Position numbers and translations under genes: made by a program
IMG/VR virus record: IMGVR_UViG_3300018012_000099
DNA: 64,000 nucleotides
Reading direction: 5' to 3' (one strand)
DNA from: a virus
Lineage: Duplodnaviria; Caudoviricetes
Shown: piece after piece, positions 37,325 to 46,829 of the stretch
How the letters are laid out: the number at the start of each line of letters is the position of its first letter
Position numbering within the stretch: position 1 is the stretch's first letter
The notes under the pieces: model-generated
The model's database searches: none
Told to the model about the DNA's origin: nothing
Seen by the model: the letters and a program-made list of their open reading frames with translations, nothing else

Positions 37325-37969
37325 ATGATTAAACGAGTAATTAGCATAGGTGAGCCGCAAGAGCCACGACAATGTCCAGTTTGCAAAAGAAAATTGCCAA
37401 TTCAGCACTTTATAGATACTGTCAATTTATTTAAGTTGTGCGAAGAGTGTCGAGAAAAGGGACGTATAGCTAATGCTAAAAGAAAAGAAGCACGATCGAA
37501 ACAAGCCAAAGAGCATTATCAAGTTCACAAAGAAGATATTAGCAAACGCAACAAAGAGTGGCGAAAGAAAAACAAAAATAAATTAAGTGAGTACGAAAAA
37601 AGTGATTTCAGAAAACAAAAAAATAAAGAGTGGAGAGAGCAAAAAAGAGTAGAAGATCGTTTTAGATTTGTTTGGTACGCTGCGAAGAGACGAGCAAAAG
37701 CTGCTAACGTTCCCTTCACCATAAGTAAGCGGAATATTATCGATATATTCCCTTCAGATGGGAAGTGTCCGATGTTAGGTATAGAGCTACAGTTTAACAA
37801 TAAGAAGTCATGCGATAACTCGCCATCCTTGGACAGAATTATTCCGAGCGTGGGATATGTGCCCGGCAATATACAACTCATCTCTTACAGAGCCAATAGG
37901 ATCAAGAACGATGCTAGCCTCGAAGAGCTAAAAAGTATTGTAGCTTTTCTTGAGCGAGGCGTCAAATGA
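37325..37969 (+). CDS. HNH/endonuclease VII-like homing endonuclease
   Basis: CPVC...CEEC; CPMLG...SPSLDRIIP..GYVPGNIQLISYRANRIKN. Confidence 0.8.
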   Translation: MIKRVISIGEPQEPRQCPVCKRKLPIQHFIDTVNLFKLCEECREKGRIANAKRKEARSKQAKEHYQVHKEDISKRNKEWRKKNKNKLSEYEKSDFRKQKNKEWREQKRVEDRFRFVWYAAKRRAKAANVPFTISKRNIIDIFPSDGKCPMLGIELQFNNKKSCDNSPSLDRIIPSVGYVPGNIQLISYRANRIKNDASLEELKSIVAFLERGVK

Positions 37970-38514
37970 AGAGAGTGCTTGGCTTCGACGTGTCCAGCTC
38001 GACGATCGGATATTGTGTATTAGAAGTTAGCGATAGCAACGATATTCAATTCATTTTATGCAATTATATTAAGCCTATCAAGAAGGGCAGTATCATTGAG
38101 CGTATAGTGCATACTCGTGATGTTATTCAGAGTATTATTGATCAAGTAAAACCAGATTATATTGCCATTGAAGATATCATTCAATTTATGGCTGGTGCAT
38201 CTACTGCAAAAACAATTATCATGTTGACCAGTTTCAATAGGATGATTAGTTTAGTAGCTTATGATTATTTGAAGAAATGTCCATCACTATATAGTGTTAT
38301 GACAATTCGTCATGGGTTAAAAATTAATAAGATTTTACCTAAGAAGGAAGAGATTCCTGAATTGGTAGCTAAGCACCTAAAGATTACGTTTCCCTATCTC
38401 TTTAACAAAAAGGGCAAAATTAAGGTGGAGAGTTACGATATGGCGGATGGTGTAGCGGTAGCACTCTACCACGCTCTCGTTCTCACCCAACGCATTAAGG
38501 TCAAGAAAAAATGA
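37966..38514 (+). CDS. ruvC: RuvC-like Holliday junction resolvase
   Basis: VLGFDVSSSTIGY, IAIED, DMADGVAVA. Confidence 0.85.
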   Translation: MKRVLGFDVSSSTIGYCVLEVSDSNDIQFILCNYIKPIKKGSIIERIVHTRDVIQSIIDQVKPDYIAIEDIIQFMAGASTAKTIIMLTSFNRMISLVAYDYLKKCPSLYSVMTIRHGLKINKILPKKEEIPELVAKHLKITFPYLFNKKGKIKVESYDMADGVAVALYHALVLTQRIKVKKK

Positions 38515-39467
38515 AATTATCTGAAGCTTATTCAATATTAGAAATACCCCAGACAGCCACGCCAGAGGAAGCTAAGAAGAAGTACCGAGAACTTGCTAAA
38601 AAGCTTCATCCAGACGTCAATAAAGCGCCCGATGCCGAAGCCAAGTTTAAAAAGATCAACGAAGCCTATCAGATTATTGAATCAGGTGAAGAGACCGATC
38701 TTCCTACTGGTAACCCTTTCAATCGTAGCTATGATCCCTTTCGTAATCCATTTGATCCTTTTAGTTCATCTAGAAAACAATATTATGCTGGAAACATAAG
38801 TGTTCAGCTTACCATTTCTTTTAAAGATTCAGTTCAAGGAGTAAAGAAGGAAATAAAATACTCTCGTCAAATCAAATGCCCACATTGTCATGGAAGTGGT
38901 AATAAGCCCATTAATAATGGTTGTAAGAAATGTAGTGGTCGTGGTCAAACTACGGTACGTCAAGGTGGAGCAGTTTATATCCAAACTTGCTCGGAGTGTA
39001 TGGGCAGAAGCAAAACTGTTCCCTGTACCGAATGTAATAATGCTGGCGTATTAAGTAGTGAAGCGTCGGTACACGTTTCGATACCCCCAGCGGTCGTAGA
39101 TGGTAATATTTTGCGTCTTCAAAGTATGGGTAATTTTGCAGGAACCTTGATGGGGCTACAAGATCAATATACAGACGTGCATGTACATATACACGTGACT
39201 CCAGAAGAGGGTCTAAAACTAGTAGGTAAAGATATAGTGTCAGATTTAAATATTTCTCTATTAGATGCTTTGCGTGGTTGTACTCGAAAAATCAAATCTA
39301 TTGATGGTAATATGTCGATAACAATAGCTGATGGTACAAAAAACAAAGACGAAGTAGTTTTATCAGTAGGAGATAATAATAGTGTCAAGCATCGCGTCAT
39401 TATCAATGTAGAATATCCTATCAATTTGGACAAATTGATTGATGTCTTACTTGAAGAGGAAAATTAA
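38511..39467 (+). CDS. dnaJ: DnaJ chaperone
   Basis: J domain with HPD, four CxxCxGxG-like repeats, C-terminal substrate-binding domain. Confidence 0.93.
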   Translation: MKLSEAYSILEIPQTATPEEAKKKYRELAKKLHPDVNKAPDAEAKFKKINEAYQIIESGEETDLPTGNPFNRSYDPFRNPFDPFSSSRKQYYAGNISVQLTISFKDSVQGVKKEIKYSRQIKCPHCHGSGNKPINNGCKKCSGRGQTTVRQGGAVYIQTCSECMGRSKTVPCTECNNAGVLSSEASVHVSIPPAVVDGNILRLQSMGNFAGTLMGLQDQYTDVHVHIHVTPEEGLKLVGKDIVSDLNISLLDALRGCTRKIKSIDGNMSITIADGTKNKDEVVLSVGDNNSVKHRVIINVEYPINLDKLIDVLLEEEN

Positions 39468-39806
39468 ATGCCATTTAGTATGAATTGTACCAATAAGGGA
39501 TGCCATAAAGTAATGGAGCCTTATATTGATCCTAAAGATGATAAAGTCTATTGTTCTGCTTGCGACAAAGAAATATCTAATGTTACTCATTTTGCTAAAG
39601 TGCAAATGAAGACCCTCAGACAATTTAAGCAAAAGAAAGTTATTTCTTTTGCTGTTAAGTGTCAAAAGTGTGGAAAAGAGGATCGTCCTAAGTTAGTGGG
39701 TGAGGATATAGTATGTAGGGCTTGTAACAAGCCGCACGAGCATCTTAGTGAACCCTTTAAAGTGATGCTGAGAGATAAACTTAGAACTGTAGCACAAGAC
39801 GTTTAA
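39468..39806 (+). CDS. Double zinc-ribbon protein
   Basis: CTNKGC, CSAC, CQKC, CRAC. Confidence 0.7.
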   Translation: MPFSMNCTNKGCHKVMEPYIDPKDDKVYCSACDKEISNVTHFAKVQMKTLRQFKQKKVISFAVKCQKCGKEDRPKLVGEDIVCRACNKPHEHLSEPFKVMLRDKLRTVAQDV

Positions 39807-39817
39807 GAAAGTCAATT

Positions 39818-40585
39818 ATGTTCGACAAAATCATTGAGTCTTGTCGTTTTCTATTAGAAAATTATCCGGAAGCGCAAGAAGTGAAATCCTATTTAGATGT
39901 TCGTCTTGGCCACGCAAGTCAAGAACTCTTTCAGTTTGGATATTTTCCAAACACTGATCATATTCGGGTTTTAGCAGATTTGGTCGGTGAAGATACCTTA
40001 CTTAAAGATGAATTGCTGTATTATAAATACATGGAAGACTCTCTTTTTCCTCGACGTTTCAAGTTTTGTTATTTTGAACAGCATCCACTTATTATGCCGT
40101 TCCGTGATCCCTATGGAGAGATTGTTGGAATAGTAGCCAGAACTTTACTTCCCGAAGATGAAAGAAAAGCTAAAAAGATAGTTAAGTATAAGAATACAAA
40201 GAACTTTAAGAAGGGATATCGTGTTTTTGGCTTGTTTGAAAATAAACAACACATCATAGATCAAAATAGTATTTATATTGTAGAGGGACAGTTTGATGCT
40301 ATTAAGGCAATGGAAATAGGTTTTAGGAATATTGTAGCTATAGGAAACAATAATATGACTTCCTATCAATTTTCCGTCATTAGCAGATACACTAATAACA
40401 TATTTTTGTTATTAGATAATGATGAAGCTGGCGCATTAGGGAGGGAACGCACGTTACATAAATTTGGCAGTTTAGCCAATATTCGTAATTTTTATATTCC
40501 AGAAGCCTACAAGGACGTAGACGAATACATTACCAAAGAAAAAATTGGTGATTACGCGAACATGTCGTTTGTCGTTAAAGACTAA
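39818..40585 (+). CDS. dnaG: DnaG primase catalytic core (Toprim) without zinc-binding or helicase-binding domain
   Basis: IMPFRD..G.IVG..AR, KYKN, IVEGQFD, LDNDEAG, KDVDEY; only 255 aa. Confidence 0.85.
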   Translation: MFDKIIESCRFLLENYPEAQEVKSYLDVRLGHASQELFQFGYFPNTDHIRVLADLVGEDTLLKDELLYYKYMEDSLFPRRFKFCYFEQHPLIMPFRDPYGEIVGIVARTLLPEDERKAKKIVKYKNTKNFKKGYRVFGLFENKQHIIDQNSIYIVEGQFDAIKAMEIGFRNIVAIGNNNMTSYQFSVISRYTNNIFLLLDNDEAGALGRERTLHKFGSLANIRNFYIPEAYKDVDEYITKEKIGDYANMSFVVKD

Positions 40586-40594
40586 AGAGGTAAT

Positions 40595-40930
40595 ATGTCA
40601 AAAAAGTTATTAGCATGGGAAGAACATACCAGACAAAATACAATAGATGGTCAGCCTTTTGGAGGAATGATTACTTATTGGCGCCGCTGCGACGAAAATG
40701 GAAAAGAAATAATTTATCTAAGTCCAGAAGGAGTAAAACCGTCACAATGTTGGGCTTGGATGTTTTGTGATTTTGGTTCCAGGCTTTGTGGTAGCTGTGA
40801 TGATTTTGAGTGTGCGAAAATGGGTGCTGACGAAGTGGCACAACGATTAGGTTATGAGGTTGAGATAAAAGTGGGTGTTTTTAGTAAAATACGAAATGTG
40901 TTAGAAGAATTACTTGAGTTTAGGTTTTGA
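40595..40930 (+). CDS. Hypothetical protein
   Basis: GAGG RBS; 111 aa. Confidence 0.55.
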   Translation: MSKKLLAWEEHTRQNTIDGQPFGGMITYWRRCDENGKEIIYLSPEGVKPSQCWAWMFCDFGSRLCGSCDDFECAKMGADEVAQRLGYEVEIKVGVFSKIRNVLEELLEFRF

Positions 40931-40992
40931 GATAAATCGTAGCGACCGATACCAAAGGCAATAACCGTGTTATATAATGTATAGGAGATACT

Positions 40993-41829
40993 ATGCATTA
41001 TATTTATAGAATTACTAATACGGTTAATGGAAAAGTTTATATTGGTCAAACCAACAACCCACCCCTACGATGGTCGCAACACAAGTCTAATGCTAAATAT
41101 GATAGAGGACATCAAGTTATTACCCGAGCTATCACTAAATATGGAGCTAATGTTTTTGAGTTTGAGGTTATAGCTACTTGTCGCACACAAGATGATGTTG
41201 ATTTTGTTGAAGAGCAAGTAATACAGGAATACGATAGTCGTAATCCAGAAAAAGGATATAATGTAGATGTTGGCGGGAACACTTCGCCAAGAACACCAGA
41301 GATTGTAGCAAAAATATCTGCTGCATTAAAAGAACACTATCAGTATAATGAACATTTTCTTAAAGGAAAAATTCTTCCAGAAGAATGGAAAGAGAATATG
41401 TCCAAAGCTGCTATGGGTAAGCCCGGCACTAATACTGGAAAAACTTTTGATGATGAGTGGAAAAATAAAATCTCTAAATCACATGCCGGGAAAGAACAAA
41501 AATCAAGAAGACGATTTTCAGAAGAAATAGAAAAAGAGATATGTAGATTGTATACAATGGATAAATTATCTACTTACTCTTTAGGAAAGAAATTTGAAGT
41601 TCAAAGAACTACAATAGCAGACATTTTGAGAAGACACAACATAGAAACTAGGCAATCAAATTATACTGGTCATTCTAATAACTGTAATATATTTACTCTT
41701 GAACAGGAATTAGAAATATGCAGATTATATCAAGAGGGAAATATCTCTAGAACTGAATTATATAAAAGATTTGGTTGCGGTAAAACTACTATTAGAGATA
41801 TCTTGTTAAGACATAACATCAAACTATAA
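40993..41829 (+). CDS. GIY-YIG homing endonuclease with NUMOD3-like and duplicated C-terminal HTH
   Basis: YIYRITN..NGKVYIGQT; two E.EICRLY...F...(R/K)TTI.DIL.RHNI repeats; AGGAG RBS and TATAAT upstream. Confidence 0.88.
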   Translation: MHYIYRITNTVNGKVYIGQTNNPPLRWSQHKSNAKYDRGHQVITRAITKYGANVFEFEVIATCRTQDDVDFVEEQVIQEYDSRNPEKGYNVDVGGNTSPRTPEIVAKISAALKEHYQYNEHFLKGKILPEEWKENMSKAAMGKPGTNTGKTFDDEWKNKISKSHAGKEQKSRRRFSEEIEKEICRLYTMDKLSTYSLGKKFEVQRTTIADILRRHNIETRQSNYTGHSNNCNIFTLEQELEICRLYQEGNISRTELYKRFGCGKTTIRDILLRHNIKL

Positions 41830-41839
41830 GGATGATTAT

Positions 41840-42295
41840 ATGACTAATAGTTATTATAAAAGAAAGAATAGATCAGATTCCTATCAGTGGGTTTTGCTCG
41901 AGACAGTTTGTTCCAACGACATGATGGAGGCTTTCTGCAACGAGGATAGCATTTATAATCGTTTGACCGGAGGTTTCGTATATGACGAGAGAATGTTGGA
42001 GTTGGAAGACCGACTCAAGAAAGAATTTTGGAGAGTGGTAGATACTCTATTAACACCAAGACAGAGAGAGGTGATTCGTCTGTATGCGGATGGTTATACT
42101 CAAATGGAAATCGCTAAGATGTTAAACGTGAACCAAAGTTCAATTACGAAAAGCCTAAATGGTAATGTCGACTATAAAAATGGGAAACGGGTTTATGGTG
42201 GGGCTAAGAAAAAAATTAAAAAGATTCTAGAACACGATGATGTAATTAAAGGCATACTTGATGAAATGGATGCTTTACGTGACGAAAAGTGGTAA
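41840..42295 (+). CDS. Sigma-70 region 4-like HTH protein (no region 2)
   Basis: LTPRQREVIRLYADGYTQMEIAKMLNVNQSSITK. Confidence 0.75.
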   Translation: MTNSYYKRKNRSDSYQWVLLETVCSNDMMEAFCNEDSIYNRLTGGFVYDERMLELEDRLKKEFWRVVDTLLTPRQREVIRLYADGYTQMEIAKMLNVNQSSITKSLNGNVDYKNGKRVYGGAKKKIKKILEHDDVIKGILDEMDALRDEKW

Positions 42296-42351
42296 TTCGG
42301 AAAGTTCGTATCGATTTTGGACGTCCTGTGGTAATATTATGAAATTATCTA

Positions 42352-42370
42352 TTAGTAGGCAGGCTACTAA
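42352..42370. promoter_or_regulatory. Hairpin at the boundary between early and late modules
   Basis: TTAGTAG-GCAGG-CTACTAA perfect 7-bp stem, flanked by AATATTAT boxes. Confidence 0.4.
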
Positions 42371-42425
42371 AGTACAGAATATTATACCAATATTTATCTA
42401 TTTAAGATAGAGCACCTTCTGTACC

Positions 42426-42899
42426 ATGGGAGACATGATGTCGAAAAATACGATAGATTATTCAGCTTTAGCCCAACAACTTACCAAAAAAGCCTATAAA
42501 CTCGCTGATGTTAAAGATCAGATTGAGAGTGTGGCTTTTGATGTAGTTCGTTTCAAAGATGGTGATAAAGCTGCTCAACTTTGGGAAGTTCAAAGTGCTG
42601 ACGACGGTGACTATATTGTCGCCCTATATGAAGAGGGCGAAGAGGTTGCTAAGACCGCCAGTGAGTGGAGCGTAGTCATTACTAAGACCGCCGGTGTACT
42701 ACAGGTTTCCTACAAGGGAGATCCGTTGGTTCGTTTGCCATTTACTAAACTTGGCATTCCTCGCGACCAATTAGGTAAGGTTCCCCAATATTTACCAGAA
42801 AAACTAACTTCTAACAAGAAATTGGTGAAGGCTCTGCTCAACGAGCTATCTGCTGAAGCCAAGCACGAGGTATTGAAGAAATACCCAGAACTGGCATAA
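42426..42899 (+). CDS. Hypothetical head-module protein
   Basis: 157 aa; real start may be 42435. Confidence 0.7.
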   Translation: MGDMMSKNTIDYSALAQQLTKKAYKLADVKDQIESVAFDVVRFKDGDKAAQLWEVQSADDGDYIVALYEEGEEVAKTASEWSVVITKTAGVLQVSYKGDPLVRLPFTKLGIPRDQLGKVPQYLPEKLTSNKKLVKALLNELSAEAKHEVLKKYPELA

Positions 42900-42915
42900 C
42901 GGAATAGGTGTATAA

Positions 42916-44526
42916 ATGAGTCTCGACAAAATTCAACAACTAATCAGTAATTTGGCAAAATCTGTAGAGAATAACGAAAAGTTAGCCACTCCGATCTTGG
43001 CTGCCAAATTAGCCAAGTGTGTTGTCGCCCACCCTCATGATCAAACTATCGGTATGATAGCCAGAGTTGTGAAGGATATGGCTGACAAAAACACACTTTT
43101 CATCCGTAAAGCCGAATTCAAAGACTTGGCCAGAAGATTTCATTCTCGTAATAGCAAATTTGCTGAGCTATTTGAAGAAGAGCTGGGCGAGACTGCACCA
43201 GAACCAAACGTTACTACTTTTCCGCGTGATGAGGCTGTTCAAGCTAATCCATATCATGTCGGTGACCAAGTGCTAGCTAATGCGTTAGAAAGCGCTTTTG
43301 ATAAACACCTTCCGCTGAAGATGTACTCTCAACCAGTAGCCGATAAGGCACTGAAATCCGTGGGTAATACTCTGGAAGCTTGGAACTTATCTCCTACTGC
43401 CCTAACTGTCAGTGCTGGCAGCGATAAGTTTATTGTCATTAAGGCTGATTATGAAACTCCAAAGGGTGTCACTAGCTTCTTTGTTCCCGTTGAGGTTCAT
43501 GGTAAGGATATTGTCGAAGCATCCGTCTTCATGGGTAATGCTGGTCCACAAGAGTTGAATCATACCACTATCAAGGCTTATCTTACTACTTTGGCTGGTT
43601 CCAAACTCAAGGTAGATGCTGTCAGCATTCTCGGTGTTTTGACCAAGGCTGCTTCCGAGCATCGTGAAGTTAGCGATGCTGAATTGGCTTTGACTCGTTT
43701 GACCGCTAAGCGTCAGGGCAAGTCCGAATTTTTCGAGGGCTCCGTCGTGGGCCAAAAGATGGCTGAGGCATCTCGTAAAGATGTTCAGCTACCACAATTG
43801 GAAGAATCTAAGACTTTTGAAGAGAAGTTCAATACCGTTCAAGGTTTAGCTGCATGGCAGTTCGGTACTGATAAAATCAATACTGCTAGAAACCACATCG
43901 TTCGTGAATTGGCTACTTTTGGTCATAAGAATCCACAAGTTGTAGTGACTGGTCATGACGACCACACTCTCTTCTTCGGTGTTTCTATAGATACCGGTAA
44001 GGTGGCTTTCACGGTCCCAGTAAAGGTTGCAGACGGAAAGTTAGTCAAGCCAACAGTCATGTTGTGCAACGGTTCGGTTTCTTTCTTCAGTCAGGCTGGT
44101 GTTAACCAATTTGTAACAGAGAGACGTATCGACAATAAGGTAGCTGCCGCCGCTTCTACTATGTCGGCTCTCAAGCCAAGTGAAGTTATTGCTAATTTGC
44201 GTCAAGCAGTTGCTGAAGCTAATTTTGAAAAAGCAGAAGACGCACTTAATGTGTTGGCTAACTCCGGCGATACTAAGGCTTACGCTACCGCATTCCAAAT
44301 CTACATGCACGGACTAGCTGGTCACACGCCAACCGAATCCAAGTGCAGACACGTTGTCAAGAGTGCCAAGACCACTGTTAGCGAGTTCCCAATTTGCGCC
44401 CAGACTGGCTTGCCAACCAACAAGGTATACCAAGACAAGGATGGTAACTGCCGTCCATTGTTCAGAAAAGATATGAGCGAAACCTACGAAGGTGCGGTTT
44501 TCAATAACGCCAAAATCTTCGGATAA
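42916..44526 (+). CDS. Hypothetical head-module protein (536 aa)
   Basis: Long Ala/Val-rich ORF with phage core codon usage. Confidence 0.75.
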   Translation: MSLDKIQQLISNLAKSVENNEKLATPILAAKLAKCVVAHPHDQTIGMIARVVKDMADKNTLFIRKAEFKDLARRFHSRNSKFAELFEEELGETAPEPNVTTFPRDEAVQANPYHVGDQVLANALESAFDKHLPLKMYSQPVADKALKSVGNTLEAWNLSPTALTVSAGSDKFIVIKADYETPKGVTSFFVPVEVHGKDIVEASVFMGNAGPQELNHTTIKAYLTTLAGSKLKVDAVSILGVLTKAASEHREVSDAELALTRLTAKRQGKSEFFEGSVVGQKMAEASRKDVQLPQLEESKTFEEKFNTVQGLAAWQFGTDKINTARNHIVRELATFGHKNPQVVVTGHDDHTLFFGVSIDTGKVAFTVPVKVADGKLVKPTVMLCNGSVSFFSQAGVNQFVTERRIDNKVAAAASTMSALKPSEVIANLRQAVAEANFEKAEDALNVLANSGDTKAYATAFQIYMHGLAGHTPTESKCRHVVKSAKTTVSEFPICAQTGLPTNKVYQDKDGNCRPLFRKDMSETYEGAVFNNAKIFG

Positions 44527-44529
44527 TTC

Positions 44530-45336
44530 ATGCAAAAGGTAGTCCGACTGGCCCAGCTCTTGGAATTAAAGTACGGGCTTCAGTCCAAGGCTGCTAACAT
44601 ATCAGAAGATCGAATAATCGCGGAAGTCAAGCGTGATGTGCTTGATGCTTTCCGTAATTACTTTTCGCGTTCTGCTAGGGACTCTATGTTCCAATATGCG
44701 GCTGACCTGGGTGAGGCTCAGTCTTCGGAACTAGTGTACAAGATGGATAAGCTTGTCAAAGATCTTGACAAGCTTAAGCCACAGAAATTGATGGAAGCGC
44801 TTAACGATGTCATCGGGTTGATATACCAAATGAAGCAAGACCCAACTAGAGCGGTTCGTAATGTCATTCATGATAGCGTACCGGGAGGTACGGAATCGCA
44901 GCGTAATACTCGTCAACGTTTATTGACCAAATATGAACGCTCTATGTCCATGGCATTTCCAGCTTTACAAAGGGCTGCGATTAAATTGCAAGTAATAGTA
45001 CCAAATGTGGCAATTCACGAAGGCAAGATATCTCGTGAACGTAGCGAATTATCTAAGCAGCAGTTAATCGATTTTATTATAGCTACCCCAACTTTCAAGA
45101 CCTACGGCGTTGATTCGTTGGATGTCATGGAAGAATTCCTTTCTGATCCAGAGATGAGGCAGCGCCTTATTACTTTGATTAACGCTGTCAAGAGAGGGCA
45201 CATTCCATTGGACGGCTCTCAAGTACAAGAGTTTGCTCGTCAAGTCAAACAGCTGCATAACCAAAGAAAACAAACTAACCTTCCTCAATTGGAAGAATCA
45301 GAACCGCCACCTCAGCCGGAAGCGGGAGAGGAATAA
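44530..45336 (+). CDS. Hypothetical helical protein
   Basis: 268-aa ORF. Confidence 0.7.
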   Translation: MQKVVRLAQLLELKYGLQSKAANISEDRIIAEVKRDVLDAFRNYFSRSARDSMFQYAADLGEAQSSELVYKMDKLVKDLDKLKPQKLMEALNDVIGLIYQMKQDPTRAVRNVIHDSVPGGTESQRNTRQRLLTKYERSMSMAFPALQRAAIKLQVIVPNVAIHEGKISRERSELSKQQLIDFIIATPTFKTYGVDSLDVMEEFLSDPEMRQRLITLINAVKRGHIPLDGSQVQEFARQVKQLHNQRKQTNLPQLEESEPPPQPEAGEE

Positions 45337-45366
45337 TCTGGTATTCTGTATCATACGGGAGAAACT

Positions 45367-46083
45367 ATGAGAATTTCTGAAATGTTGAACGCAATGGCTG
45401 CTTGGTTGGAAAGCCCGACTAACGAAGCCCTATTACTTGCAGAAGAAGACGAACAATGCCTCAAGGTCGTGGCTGAATCCTGCGTCCTAGCCGCCGCTTT
45501 ATTGAAAAAAGCTGCGGATGAAGTAGATGTATTGGAGCCATCCGAACCATCGAAAATCACTCCAGAATCGGTACAAGAGTTAGCTAATTTGGCTACTGCC
45601 CTCGATTCTTCTGACGATCCACAACTCAAGAAGCAGGCTTCTGTATTGGATGAATTGCTCTTGACTATTGCTGCGCCCCCAGGTGCGCTCGCGGAAAAGA
45701 AAGCTGCCGATGATTATCGCATCGAAGAATTACGCAAGAAATATGAGGAACCTCGTAAGGAACTGCATGCTCTCGATAAGACTTCTGATTCCCTCAAGGC
45801 TATCGACAAAAGCAACATGACCAAGCAATACAAGATTTTGGAAGCTCCCCTTAGTACAAGAACATGTCCAGATCATCCGGGAGCACAAATGTCTAGGGTA
45901 GGAGAGCATGTTTTTCAATGTGAGTTAGATAAAAAAACATACAATTACGAATCCGGATATGAGCTACAAAATGGAGAAAAAGTTCCAGGTGGGGATGTCG
46001 CAAATCAGACACAAGGTTTGAGCACTCCTTTTCATGCCATATTTGACGATCGCCAGGGACGTTTGGGATACAATCGTGCGTAA
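45367..46083 (+). CDS. Hypothetical protein
   Basis: GGAG RBS; C-terminal CPDH...C motif. Confidence 0.7.
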   Translation: MRISEMLNAMAAWLESPTNEALLLAEEDEQCLKVVAESCVLAAALLKKAADEVDVLEPSEPSKITPESVQELANLATALDSSDDPQLKKQASVLDELLLTIAAPPGALAEKKAADDYRIEELRKKYEEPRKELHALDKTSDSLKAIDKSNMTKQYKILEAPLSTRTCPDHPGAQMSRVGEHVFQCELDKKTYNYESGYELQNGEKVPGGDVANQTQGLSTPFHAIFDDRQGRLGYNRA

Positions 46084-46103
46084 TCGTTGATATATTTGTG
46101 GTT

Positions 46104-46829
46104 ATGAGCCAAAAGCGCATTCAATGGAATACTCAATTATTTGTGGAACGGTCCGCCGTCATCCACAATGGCAAGTATAAATATCCAGAAACATATATTA
46201 ATGCATTGACACCGATTGTAATTGAGTGTCCTATACATGGTCATTTTAAGCAGCAGCCACGACACCATTTAAACGGTCGTGGATGTCCAACATGTTTCCA
46301 TGAAAAATCAAGAAGTACTATCGATGATTTTGTTGAAAAAGCAAATGAAATTCATAATGGAAAATATACCTATCCTTGCAATTACATCAATTCTCGTACG
46401 TTAATAACTATTAGCTGTCCAATACATGGTTTGTTTGAGCAGAAGCCGCCTGTACATTTGGAAGGAAAGGGGTGTCCTTCTTGCGGAGATATTGCGAGAA
46501 GCGAATTTATTATGCCAATTATTTCTAAAATGGAAATAGACTGGCTCGATTCTCTTGGAATACCGCAAGAATATCGTCAGGCATCGCTTAAAATTGGTAG
46601 GAAAATAATCAAGGCGGATGCTTTTGTCCCGCCTACTAATACAGTTTATGAATTTTACGGTGACTATTGGCATGGCAACCCATTAAAATTTTCTTCTCAT
46701 TCTATAAATTCTGTTAAGGATAAGACATTTGGTGAGTTGTACCAGGCTACCCTTGCTCGCGAGCAGCTTATTGTTCAGGCTGGCTATAAAATCATATCTA
46801 TATGGGAATTAGACTGGAATAACCAATGA
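46104..46829 (+). CDS. DUF723-like repeat plus Vsr-like homing-type endonuclease
   Basis: Two HNGKY.YP...CPIHG.F.Q.P..HL.G.GCP.C repeats; EFYGDYWHGNP; paralog of 33..308. Confidence 0.8.
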   Translation: MSQKRIQWNTQLFVERSAVIHNGKYKYPETYINALTPIVIECPIHGHFKQQPRHHLNGRGCPTCFHEKSRSTIDDFVEKANEIHNGKYTYPCNYINSRTLITISCPIHGLFEQKPPVHLEGKGCPSCGDIARSEFIMPIISKMEIDWLDSLGIPQEYRQASLKIGRKIIKADAFVPPTNTVYEFYGDYWHGNPLKFSSHSINSVKDKTFGELYQATLAREQLIVQAGYKIISIWELDWNNQ

